Below, piece by piece: positions 52,862 to 64,000 of a stretch of 64,000 bases of DNA; the stretch's first letter is position 1, and every line of letters starts with the position of its first letter. A program made the position numbers and the translations under genes. The notes below the pieces were generated by a model. The model did not search any database. It saw only the letters and a list, made by a program, of their open reading frames with translations, and had not been told where the DNA came from. This DNA is from the human T2T-CHM13v2.0 reference genome, Homo sapiens, in the NCBI RefSeq assembly GCF_009914755.1, contig NC_060925.1, one strand, 5' to 3'.

Positions 52862-53343
52862 TGTTCTAAATAAAGTTTCGGTGCCACTAAAGAGATACCA
52901 TTCGAATATAAAATTTTCTTTTTAATTCTCAGCAAGGCAATGTACTTCTATAGAAGGGTGTGCCCTCACAGACGGAGCAATGGTGAGTGCACACTTGGAC
53001 AAGGATGGGGAAGGAGTTCTTATCCCTGACGCACGTGGTCCCTGCTGCTGTGTTGTTCCCCTATTGGTGAGGGTTAGACAGCACAGGCTAAACTAATTCC
53101 GATTGGCTAATTTGAAGAGAGTTATGGGGTGAGTGTTTTGGCAGGAAAAAATGGTTATGGCAGAGCAGGAAATCGGAATGAGTCAGAGTGGAGAATGAGC
53201 AGGCAATCAGAATGAGTCAGGGTGGAGCAGGTAATCAAAAAAGGCTGCTTTATGAGGAAGTTAAGTTTAAAAGTAGAAGGCAAAGAATTGAACATACTGA
53301 CATATTGAGTCCTTGAAGAGAAATTTAGAACTCATATCTAACA
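52862..53343 (-). mobile_element. LTR10A/F (HERV-I group, ERV1) solo LTR
   Basis: Reverse complement begins tgttagatatgagttctaaatttctcttcaag...cttctacttttaaacttaacttcctc; TG...CA ends; 4-bp TSD catg (52858-52861, 53344-53347). Confidence 0.9.
53179..53219. promoter_or_regulatory. Two AP-1 consensus sites (TGAGTCA) in the LTR10 VNTR
   Basis: TGAGTCA at 53179-53185 and 53213-53219 in repeat units aatc(g/a)gaatgagtcag(a/g)gtggag. Confidence 0.6.
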
Positions 53344-54124
53344 CATGGAAGGAAGATCTACCCAGGGTTAACAGAGACCTGTAAGAAGAGTGTCAGAACT
53401 CCTAAACTGCAGAAGATGAAGTTTTCAAGTAGTGTTGAGAACAAGAATACAAAAGGTGCTTTTAAAACTAAGATCAGCATGGAAGGACGATCAAAGGAGT
53501 CACAGGCCTGTGTTTTGGATGGCTGGTGAAATGTTAATGGACAATGAAAGAAACCAGGACTACTCAAAAACTCTAATTTTGTATCCATTGTCTCCATTAA
53601 GGGGAATATCTTCCACATAGGAAAGGTGTGGACCAGTGATAAAAATGGGTGGAGGCCTGAGAGGTGAGGAGCTGGTGAGAGGGCCCGTAACATAGTCTTT
53701 CAATGAATTGCAATTCCCAAAGCAGATAAATTGCGTCCCAGGGGCCGGATGCAATTGCAGATGTAATTATGGAATATTAAGTGCTTCAAAATTGGGGATG
53801 GGCAGATGCCTCAGTATTCAAAATGGTGGAAAAAAGTATATTCAGGAATTCAGAGACCAGAAAATTTGCTTCCATTCTGAAACAGAATGGGCAAGGTGTG
53901 GTATGGAGAGAAGCGCATAGGAGCAGATATTCGCAAGAGGATTCCTCCACCTGAGGCCCTTCAGTTCCTGGTGGCAAAGGAATCAGGAGTTGCAAATTGG
54001 AGAGGGCAGCCCTACCTCCAAGAGAGAAGTTGAGGGTGGGAACTACCAGAAGATATTGAGTTTACACTGGCCTTTTCAGTCCAGCCCTTTAGATATCTCC
54101 CACCTCTGAACCTTTTTTTTGGAA

Positions 54125-54265
54125 GTCTTTAGAAATTCTTTATCAGCCCCTTGATTTGACAGACATGAAAGCTTGGGTGCCTGGATTGGCAAGGTCTGCA
54201 GAGTAGAAGCAACCTGTCCAAGTTTACACAGCTGTTAATGGCTGAGCTGGGATTAGAGCCATGTG
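54125..54265 (-). mobile_element. MIR fragment
   Basis: atttgacagacatgaaagc...gcaacctgtccaagtttacacagctgttaatggctgagctgggattaga. Confidence 0.55.
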
Positions 54266-54299
54266 AGATAACGCACCACCTGGGGTTCTCCCCATTTAT

Positions 54300-54690
54300 T
54301 CCACATTTGTACTGCCTAGCACGTACTTTTAATCTGTACTTATATATCTTTTATCTCCCCAATAAGACTGCATTCATTTTACACTGATTGAACATTTAAT
54401 GTGTGCCAGGCACTAGGCTAAGTGCTTTGTGGATATAAAGATGATTAAAATCTGGTTCTTGGATTTAGTGAGCTTCTAATGCCATAAGGGACTTAAGCAG
54501 ACTCACAGAATAAGTAGAGTGCTGTGAGATCATGGTGGAAGGGAGCATTGTGAGTTCGAGGATCCAAAAAGACTCTACCAGGAAGCATGAACTCTCCAAG
54601 GGCAGGGAGAATACCTGACACAACTTGATATTTTTTCCAGAGTCTTGAACAGTGTGCTAGAAGCCAGGAGAGTGAGCTGAGACCTCAGCA
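54300..54690. mobile_element. Nested L2 fragments (minus-strand 3' end at about 54372-54560 inside a plus-strand L2 end)
   Basis: cattcatt...ttgaacatttaatgtgtgccaggcactaggctaagtgct; flanks ctcccccaataagactg / aactctccaagggcaggga. Confidence 0.6.
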
Positions 54691-55614
54691 GAGCTTACTG
54701 TTTTAGAATTTAGAGAACTAGCTAAACCTGTTCTTGATCCCTGCTATGAAGGATGCTAGGGACCAAGACATTTTGCTTTCTCCTTCCTTTCCTTCTCTCT
54801 CTCTCTTTTTTTTTCCTCATGCCACTCAATTCTCCTGGGCTCCTCTTCAAAGATTTAATGAAGATTAAAAATTCACTTTGGAGCCAGGATATATCGTAAG
54901 CTGGGAACAGAGAGGCCAATGAATCACACCAGGACCCCTTGCACTGGCTCTGAGGCTGGACTGCACCCAAAGCTGCCTGCAGGAATGAGAGGAAGTTATG
55001 GCATGGAAAGCATTGCATCTTTGGGCCTTCTCTCTGAGGCAGCATGGAAGCATCCACAGCCCAGTCAGGAAATTCAGAGAAAGAAACGAAACTGATGACA
55101 TGGATATTAGGAACACATTCTTTCCCACTGAGCCTTGCTCCCTGGGGTGCAGGCCTATGGGTTGGTTTGGAACAGAGGCAGCTCTCTGGGTGCCTAGACT
55201 GGCAAGAACTGAGATTTGGCCTGAGGCTACATCAGGTTCCAGATTCCAGTGGTGAGCTCCAGGATCCTGTGGGGACAGTCTGCTGTGGACTCTGCCACCA
55301 AGGCCAGGCACTCATTAATCTGCACTGGGTATCTGCAACAGGAGCCTGGTCTGAGGTAGGTAAAGGGGTTGGGAAGGACAGAGCCATGAGAGTCATTAGG
55401 TTTTAAAAGTCAGCTTTATTCTTCTCTTATTAGGTTGACCTAAGTGCACAAAATCAATTTTCCAAAACTAAGAAGGACTTCATGTTACTGATAGGTTGGT
55501 TGGAATACAGAGCCTCTAAAGTTCTTTTCATCTCAGAAATCTGGAATTCCATAAGAAGGACTTTGAAAGAGCCCATGTATCCTCTGCTTTTTCTTTGTCA
55601 TGATGTTATCATTC

Positions 55615-55760
55615 TCATTTACTAGCTGGGTGACCTTTGGCTCTTACCTTTTCTAGATGTCCTATCTTCAAATGTAAAATAGGCTTAATACTTTTCTACT
55701 GCTCTAGGTTGTCTTGAAAACTACATGAAATAATATATATAAAAGTGCATGGTTAAAATT
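55615..55760 (+). mobile_element. MIR fragment
   Basis: tttactagctgggtgaccttt...tcttcaaatgtaaaatagg. Confidence 0.6.
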
Positions 55761-56074
55761 CACAGGGACTTAATAAACATAAAATGTGTTCTCTTCCTTC
55801 CTCTCTGTGCTCACTGTGTTCAATAACTCGGAAGGAGACTGATGCAGGCAAGCATAATAAACCAAAACTAGTCTTATGCAACAGCGAAGTTGCCAGTGAA
55901 AATGCATTAAGAAGACCCTCCTTGCCCTACCCCAGACAAAAATTTTATCTCCCAAGTCCTGTGATAATGTCTGTGATAATGCCTGAGGTGGTACCATTAG
56001 TCATTGTGTGTGTCAGATGGTCTTATTATACATATTAGTCATTAAAACCTTAGTATAAAATAATTTTAAAATCG

Positions 56075-57030
56075 GAGCTTCTTAAGCTTGGAGATTATTT
56101 TGTCCAACTCTCACCACCCCGCTCAAAGAATTATTTTGGTAAGTCTCCTGATAGTCATCTAGACTCTTCTTGAATGATTCCTATGATAAAGAGCTCACTA
56201 CTTTATGAGGTAGCCCATTCATTGTGGTACAGCTGAAGTTGATTAGATATTCTTTTTTAAGTTGAAATAAATCTCTCTCCTCAAAATTTTCTGTCTTTGG
56301 CCTGAGTTCTGTAAAATAGAGCAAACAGAGGTAAATTTGGTGCCTCATTAATCTGATAGCACTTGAAATCATTAAAAATAGTGATCTTCTCTTTTTCAGC
56401 CCCCATCACTTGGTTTATCTGATTTTTTTCTCATGTAATAGAGTTTCTAGATATTTTAGGTTCTTTACAAGCCAAGTCGCTCTTCTCTGAGGATGCCCAC
56501 ATTTTCCAGCATTCTCAACTTATGGCACCTGAACACTACCCCAGGATGGTTCTGACAGTGTAGTGGATGGGAGGTTATAATCTCTACTTGGTCTGGATTT
56601 AGGCTGATAGTATTACAGAGGGTTTTTATTTGTTTGTTTAATCAGATTACATGATTGTTTAATATTTAGTGTCTAATAAATTAATACCTCAAGATATTTC
56701 TGTAGGAGTTGCTATCAACTTATGCATTCCCGGGATTAGACTATTATATTAAGGAATGTAATGTTTTAATTCTAAATGCAGATAATTTTATTCTTAGTTA
56801 AAAGCTCTGTCTCTTCCCCCATTTGTTTCAGGCCATTGCTTTGTCTGTTTACTGGATCTTAACTTGTCAATCCACCCACTAGTGGTTCCTCCCAGCTTTG
56901 TGTCATCCGTAATTTTGACTAAGCAGGTCCAGTGACAGAGCCCTTCAGCCCAACACTAAAGGCTTTATTAAAACTGGCACATATCCATCATCCCTGAGTA
57001 AGATTGCTGAACTGCAAAATTATTTAATAG
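56075..57030 (-). mobile_element. L3/CR1 LINE 3' portion
   Basis: tcatctagactcttcttgaat...gagctcactactttatgaggtagcccattc; cctcccagctttgtgtcatccgtaattttg (reverse of the FADDTKL RT region). Confidence 0.65.
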
Positions 57031-58919
57031 TTCTATCATTGAGGCTACAACCTTGAGAATTCCCAAGCTTGGCCATTTCCAGTCATTCAGTTAGTAAGTG
57101 AAAGTTTATTTGTTAATCTGGGTGGGGTTCTTAAAATGCATATACTTGGCAGACAATATTAATTGGTTTCTGGATGCCTACAATGCCACCTACCCAGGTG
57201 GAGTGATGCAGAAATTATTATTCTAACCCAGGGGCAAAATATTCATTCATTGACTATGAGGAACACTGGGAAATGCACATGAGAAATTATTGACTTGTCT
57301 TGATATCTCAGAATGTTAAGGAAGAGCTGACTAGACCTAATTCTGCTAATAAAAGGATTCCTCACCCACCCAAGGATGCCCAATCTTCAAGGGATTCTCT
57401 GTTTTCACTTTGTTCCTTTCATCAGCAATTACATGAGCAGCTTCTGCTGTTGTGAGGAACTGCTAAGAAAATCAAGGATTTGGTGATTGGGGAAGGAGGA
57501 AGTATTGTCATTGGGAGGAAACCTAAAACTTGGCAAAGGAAGCTTTGAACATTGGCCTTCATGGTGAGAGAAGTGGACCTGGGAGTGAGGCCTGGTATCA
57601 GGGATAGGTCAGAGGGAGGAAAGGGATGTGTATATAACTATTTTCCTGAGACCATAGGCTTAGCTTGGTCATCTGGGTTGGTTTTTGCCTCTATCAACTG
57701 GTATATATTCTTGTAGGGAGATGAGCATGAAGCAGTCACCACTCTCAAGTTTGATCCAAGATATTTGAAATCCCTCAGCATGCCAGCCTCCTATGGAAAC
57801 ATTTGCCAACTTATCAGGGATGTGGAAGACACAAACTTTGGGTGAAAGCATCATATTTTCACGTAATCTGTGAAGGCCAAGGAAAGGTCTTCTTGTTTAA
57901 ATGGCATATGGCTTGCAGTTTCTGATACAGCTTCTCAAAATATCCGAAAGATATAAATATTCCTGAAGGACCAGAAAAAAAGACAAAACCCCGTAACACT
58001 AAAAATTAGTATTAATGGACAATCTAGTGCTATAATCTAAGAAGAATCTCCTTAATATAAGAAAGATGGAGCTAAATTAGAGGAATAAATCTTGTGTAGG
58101 TTTCTCTTTATGGCACAGCCAGGTTTTATTTATTTAACTTCATGAAACATAACACCTAGGGTGCAGGGGGAAGTAATTTCATAAGTCCTTGATGTCTGCT
58201 TCATTGACCAGAGGCTGAGGATGTTTACAAACCATAAAACAGGACAACATTCATTTAGGGAATGGGGTAGAGCATTTTGATCTACCTGAAAACTGTTCTT
58301 CCACCACTCATTTACCTTCCTCTATTTGTAGGCAGATATAGTCTGGTCAGTTATGAAAATAATATCATTGTATTGGGAAAAGCCAGTGTACTTCTAGAAA
58401 ATAATTCTGATGACAAAAATGAACAGAAATTGGAGAAAAGAATGGAGGGAAGAGCTGGAGAAACTAGTGGTGGAAAATTTCATTTAAATAGGTGTGGTTC
58501 TCATGAGTAAAGTAGGTAGAGTCAGAGAGAAAAACAACATTGATAACAATACATGCTGGAAACTATAGATTTCCTGGAACCATGTTTGTTAAAGGTATTA
58601 GAGACTCAAACAATGAGTTTAGGAAAAAATGCCACTGAAGCTGAACTAGATGAAAGTCTGTTAAAAATGGTAGTAACTTGAGCTGTGAATATCAACCTAC
58701 CCTTTATCTGTTGAACAGAGGAGTCATCCATTAGACTAGGAGTTAGAATGGACTCAAGGACAATTCATATACCCTGCTGTTGGCAAAGACTCATAGTATA
58801 TAGTCCCTGCCTCATAAGAGGATGAATGAACAGGAGAAATTGTCTATGGAGAGCACTAAAAAATAGTATAAAACAAAGAAAATTTAACATCACTGTGAAA
58901 ACTCAGAGGAAAGAATTTT

Positions 58920-59480
58920 TATTTCTAATGACATGAAAGAGACCGGAGAAACCCTCAAAGTTTAGAACACCTAAAAATGTTGGATAATTTATTTAAATGC
59001 TTTTCTAAGTTGGTGGGAAAGTAAAATAAATCTTCAAAGCCTGAAAATGACAAGAGAGTTATGGCCTGCATTTGTCATGTGGATCCCTCATGGCCTAGAG
59101 CCTAGACTTTAATTAGGCAGAAGATAAAGCCCATGTAAGGTGAGAGTGTAGTCAGATCTGAAACTACTACATTAAGCTGGCATCACTGTAAGGCAGAATC
59201 CTCAGTGGTCTATTAGAATAAAACCTCATACCATCGAGATTGCGGGGAACCTTGCCTGTTTGGCTTTGATTCTGGGTGGAGTAAAATAAGGTAAAAGCCT
59301 TCTGCAAGAAGTCCTCACCTCAAGCTTACCTCACAGGTATCTGGGACCGAACTCCCCAACAACTCTAAAACTTAAAAACCAACCTCCAAGCTGAATATTT
59401 ACTTTAAAGCGGTGTCAGGATTGGTAGTCTACCCAAATCCATGGAAAAATCAAATGAAAATCCTCTGTAGGAATATTTTC

Positions 59481-59527
<47 letters not shown>

Positions 59528-61720
59528 CCATCATGTGCTAGAATCAGAACACACAAACTGCAGAATCAGATGCACAATGCATTAGAATTGTTAAAAATGG
59601 AAGTAAATAGGGCATTTAGAAATATAAAAGAGGAGATTATAAGAGTGACTAAAATATTTGAAAAGGAATCAAATAGAAATTCAACATATGGATTAAAGAG
59701 GTTAAATAACTGTTTAGAATCACCAAAAGAAAAAATCAGTGAATTGAAAGACAGACTGAAATATTATCCAGATTTTAGTGGAGAGAGCCAAGAAAAAGAA
59801 AAACATAAATGGAATATTGGAAAGCATGGAGGTTAGCATAAGGTATGCCATTACCTTAATCAGACTTGCACAAGGAAACATTATAGAGAATGAGTGGTTG
59901 TGAAGGATAATATTCAAAGAGATAATGGCTGAGAATTTTCCATCATTAAAAAAATGAAACAATCCTTATATCAGGAAGCCAAAGTAGAATAAATAAAAAG
60001 AAAACCACACCTAGACACATCATTGTAAACTGCAGAACAAGAAAGTTCATGAAAATCATAAAGATCATAAAAGCATTCAAAAGAGAAAAAATCAATAAGC
60101 TGCAAAAGAATGCCAGTTAGATTCATAATAGACTTTTAAAGAGGAACAATGGAAATCAGAAGACAATAGTATAATGCCTTATAATTGTAAACCTATAAGT
60201 ATATACCCAGAAAAAATTTCTGACAACAATAAGAATAAAATAAAAACTTCCACAGAAATAAAAACAGAGAGTTTACAATCAATTTATTCTTATATAAAGA
60301 AAATTATAAAGGGTGTACTTAAGGTAGAAAGAAAACCAACTAAAAAAGAAGATATAAAATGCAAGAAGAAATAGTGAGCAAAGAAAATAATAAATGTGGG
60401 AAAATATAATCATTAACTAAATAAAAGTTATAATAAAATCCAATTTTGGAGAAAAAAACAACATAAAATCAAAATCATGGAGAAAAATACATGTAAACAT
60501 GGTTGGGGGGTGGAAGGTTGCTGTGATTTAACAGTAAAGTGTTCTAAGCTCTATTTTCAGGGAGATGGTAAAAACTCTTGCTTAACTTTGACTTTGTTAA
60601 GTTATATGTACATGTTAAAAGTCTAGGATGACCAATAAAAGAATAGAAATTGTACGAATTTTAAATTAGGCAATGGAAAAAATATAAAGCATAAGAAAAA
60701 TCCCCTACAAAATTAAATTAATCTAAAAGAAGGCAAAAAAATTAAATGAGCATAGAAGAAATATAACAAATGAAAGCACAAAGTATAACATTTTAAGTAA
60801 ATAAAAAGATATTATGAATTACAATAAATGTCAGTGGACTAAATTCCCCAATGAAAAGTAAAAGGCTGGATTTCAGAAGATAAAAACAAAAGTAACATCT
60901 AATTTTATGCTGTTTATAATTGTCAAAAGGAGAAAATTACAACAAATTAATTTAAAGATCTTAATTTGCTGATTTTCATGGTTGTATTGTGGTTATGTAG
61001 GAGAATAAGGAAATACAAATTAATGTGCTTAGGCATGATGAGAGCGACAGATTGGCAATTTATTTTTAAATAGTTCAGAAAAAAGTTCTTTGTACAGCAC
61101 ACAGCTTTTCTATAAGTTTGGCATTGTTTAAAAAATATCTTTTAAAAAAAAGAAGAAAGAAGAAAAAGAATGTCCAATAAAATGACAAATATTGAAGCTA
61201 GGCAAAGAAGATGCAGCATATGAATAATAGTTTCAAAAGGAGAAGCTCAACAAATACTAAAAGAAATAGAACAAATACTAAAAGCTGTAAAACAGTAAAA
61301 CTTTTCCAACAAAAAATGAAAATACAAATGGGAAAAACACACATCATGCATTTGAGAATACTCACCCAATATAACCAATACCAAGACATATACAAATATA
61401 GACTTTGTATACAAAAATTGAACTTTAAAGAAAAAGAGAAAATCCTTTTGGGATCCAGACAAAAAGATCCTGTGATTTATAAAGAAAAGAAAATTATGGT
61501 AACATCAGACTTTTTCACAGAAAAATTTTATGATGGAATAAAAAAAGGAATATCATTTAAGATAGCCTAGGAAAGAAAATATAAACAAAAGCTTTTATAT
61601 TCAGCAAAACTGACTTTTAAGTAAAAGCAACAAAAACTGTCAACACACAACTCATGGAACATTGCTCTTATGAGCTTTTCCTGAGGATTCTAATAGAGAA
61701 AAACTTAAATGATTAGAGAG
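58920..61720 (+). mobile_element. Old L1M/HAL1 fragments (5' UTR, ORF1, 3' pieces)
   Basis: ORF1-like KEKISELKDR (59570-59836), gagataatggctgagaattttcc, ccacacctagacacatcattgtaaactgcag; A-rich. Confidence 0.8.
59483..59525. repeat. (CA)n microsatellite, about 21 units
   Basis: Perfect CA run. Confidence 0.97.
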
Positions 61721-61739
61721 ACATTAACAGAAATGCTGC

Positions 61740-63126
61740 CACCTGGCCTCTATTTCAGGGCCCTATTATCTTCATTGCTGTCAGCAAGCTAAGTCCTCTA
61801 ATGGCTTCTTTTACTATCATCCATGGCCTACAGAGGGGAGCCTTCACTTCTTTGCTGGCTATTTCACCAGCACATTCTTTATTGTTTCTGTAAATAATGT
61901 GTAACTATGTTCAAGTGGAAAATAATCATCTAGCAGGTCTGCTAGTAGTACATAGCATATCCATCCTAGTATTCCCAATTTCTTGAGATTTCCTGCCCCT
62001 ACCTCCCCATCCAACTGGATATTAAAAAAAGAAAATCTCTTCACCTACCATCTGTCATGGCAAGTCTGGCATTTTCAACTCTACTCAGTGTGAGCCATTG
62101 CTTTTTCAATGTTCCATTAAGCCCTCCTAGTAGGAAGTTTGAATCATCTCTGGGGGCCTTGCCAGTATTTTAAATTCTGTGTCTTATGAGAATGTTCCCA
62201 AGTCAATGAATCCTTCTCTATCCAATTATATCTTGAGGCCTCTTGATTAATCGCTCTCAGAATCCAGTCCCAGGAAAGCTTGACTGACTCCTCCTGAAAT
62301 ATGCTGGCTAGTTCTTAAAGTTCCTTTGGTATATAGACCACTTTCTCCCTTACTAGTCCCAGCACACACCGCCCTGGGATTTGTTGCAACTGAACCCTAG
62401 ATATAGGGCTAGTGAATGGCTAGGAGAGGAGGTGGGATGGTTACTAAAAGGGACACATGTTACTTTCCAGAGAAGAAGATTCCAGGCTCTTTTCCAACAA
62501 AAGGATGGGAGGAAGGTAAGGGAGACCATGCTGATTTTTAGGAGTGGGGCTACATATGCAAACTAAGAAGCTTTGGAGAAGTCTTGGTAGTCAAAATACT
62601 CAGGGCCTAGATATCTAGATATCCCTATCTCATGTTTCCAGGTTCCAGATTTCTCAAATAGGGGCCCGATCTTGTTAAATCAGACCTACTTTATTGTGCA
62701 TTTAACCATGTTTGATGTTTAGCCATTCTATTAAGTGATAATGGGAAATGAGAGCTTCTTTGTAAGCACCTAAAGAGGCTCTCCGGCTTTCACAGCAGAT
62801 TTTCAATTGCATATTATGCTTAGTTATTCCTTACCTTTCTGTAGTGCATCAATGGTGCTTATTTATAGCCATCTAATCCTGCCCTATTTTCTCCATACAT
62901 ATCAAACAACTTGTACATCACCCCTACTACATTCTCTTTCCCTAGTATATTCTCCCAATTCATCACCTAATGGTTTTAATGACTGGACCACCACCTCATG
63001 CCAGAGGCCATTGGTACACTGTCTTATCATCAATGATGGGGTTCTCATTGCCAGATAAGCATTGAGTAATCCAGCTTCAAAATATCATTTTATTGCCTGT
63101 TTTCTCACACCATTTCTGGTACTAAC
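61740..63126 (-). pseudogene. ERVL internal region: PBS and decayed gag
   Basis: Minus-strand peptides ELASIFQEESVKLSWDWILR and LKKLGILGWICYV...TLFTETIKNVLVK match ERVL gag motifs; PBS-like gttagtaccagaaatgg abuts the LTR. Confidence 0.75.
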
Positions 63127-63568
63127 TGTTGTAGTTTGGATTCTTTAGATGCAGACATTGAGACGGAATTTGGGGCTTAAGATGTTTATTAGGGAATCAA
63201 CACCTATGAAGGAAAGGGAGAGAAAGCAGGATTGTTGGGTTATCACACAAACCCAACAAAGTCTTAGCCAACTTGGCAAGAAGTCTGGAGCAAGTATTGA
63301 CTATCAGAGTGTCTGCCATTAGCCTAAAAAGGCCAGGTCTTTATACCCCCTCCTCTCTTAATCACTAGATGAAGACTGCAATAAGAAGAGCATAATCTCA
63401 GGAAAGTATCTCTTTGCAGTATCTCAGGAAAGTATCTCAGGAAAGTATCTTTTTGTAGACTCTGAAGTAGCTTCCAAGTGTAGGCTCTCTACTGCTCCAA
63501 CTTCTTGAAACTGGGCAGAAAGTCCCTCTGTGAAGGAGAATTTGGCAACTCATCTCTGTGGCTACACA
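63127..63568 (-). mobile_element. ERVL-class LTR (LTR40-like), 5' LTR of the adjacent gag remnant
   Basis: tgttgtagtttggattc..gcagacattgagacggaatttggg..aagatgtttattaggg (AATAAA on minus strand), ctttataccc (TATA on minus strand). Confidence 0.7.
63395..63459. repeat. 13-bp unit minisatellite (5 units, pattern A-B-A-A-B')
   Basis: atctcaggaaagt / atctctttgcagt / atctcaggaaagt / atctcaggaaagt / atctttttgtaga. Confidence 0.9.
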
Positions 63569-63779
63569 ATATGTAATGGCATACATTTGACAATGTATGC
63601 TTACTATTAGCATAAAAATTGGGCTAGAATAGGAATAGCATATGCAAATATATTTTACAATCATGATTGGTGGTGGCAGTAGTAGTATTATGCTCAGACA
63701 GATATGTGTGAAATGTGGATTAAAGCAAATGAATAGTAATGGATATTTTAATTCTATTACCCTTCATGTCCTTGAGGAT

Positions 63780-64000
63780 AAAAACAATTTTTATATATGT
63801 ATATCTACTGAAAGGCCTAGAGAAAGACTAGGCCAGTATCAATGAACATTGCTAGAACCTAGAATGTAATATTGAATTATCATTTCCTTCGAAAAGATAC
63901 CAGGGCTTTTTGGAGAAATGACTGATTCAACATTTGGCAAAGGAATGTATTAGATTAGACTAGAATATTTTGTCATGCAAAATAGCAAAGAAAGTAACAA
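63780..64000 (+). mobile_element. L1MC-like 3' fragment
   Basis: ccagggctttttggagaaatgactgattc...gaatattttgtcatgc resembles the L1MC3/4 3' UTR. Confidence 0.55.

Larger units (their letters stand above)
52470..53960 (+). mobile_element. L3/CR1 ORF2 relic interrupted by LTR10
   Basis: Degenerate CR1 ORF2-like peptides: GEMLMDNER... (cf. GxMLTDDxEKAELLN) near 53525-53590, SPGPD-LHP-like region near 53705-53745. Confidence 0.45.

Noticed and set aside
63395-63459. CRISPR-like repeat array
   Set aside because: Directly abutting 13-bp units with no unique spacers, in primate DNA; it is a minisatellite

Overview
This is primate genomic DNA, most likely human or another catarrhine given AluY, THE1D and LTR10. 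It is non-coding (intronic or intergenic). I find no credible protein-coding exon, tRNA/rRNA gene, CpG island or CRISPR array. The ORF track reflects chance ORFs or decayed transposon reading frames (L1 ORF1/ORF2, ERVL gag, CR1/L3 ORF2, antisense Alu). Roughly half of the window is recognisable interspersed repeat. This includes eight Alu/FLAM elements (several with clear target-site duplications), many MIR and L2 fragments, a 2.7 kb L1PB, old L1M/HAL1 blocks (18.7-25.5 kb, 58.9-61.7 kb), CR1/L3 relics, LTRs (THE1D, LTR16-like, MLT1, MLT2B, LTR10), an ERVL 5' LTR plus gag remnant, and DNA transposons (MER5A, MER33, MER58B, MER30, MADE1). The most notable items are: (i) a ~300 bp diverged direct duplication (22.86-23.16 kb vs 25.99-26.26 kb) whose best-conserved core is an AG...CAG|GTGAGT exon-like unit; (ii) a solo LTR10 with two AP-1 motifs in its VNTR; (iii) a MADE1 (miR-548-type) hairpin; (iv) a minus-strand TATA box next to a 4-tier G-quadruplex motif; (v) several palindromes and small VNTRs. 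I cannot support a new biological system from the sequence alone. Repeat subfamily names come from recalled consensus sequences, and boundaries without TSDs are approximate.
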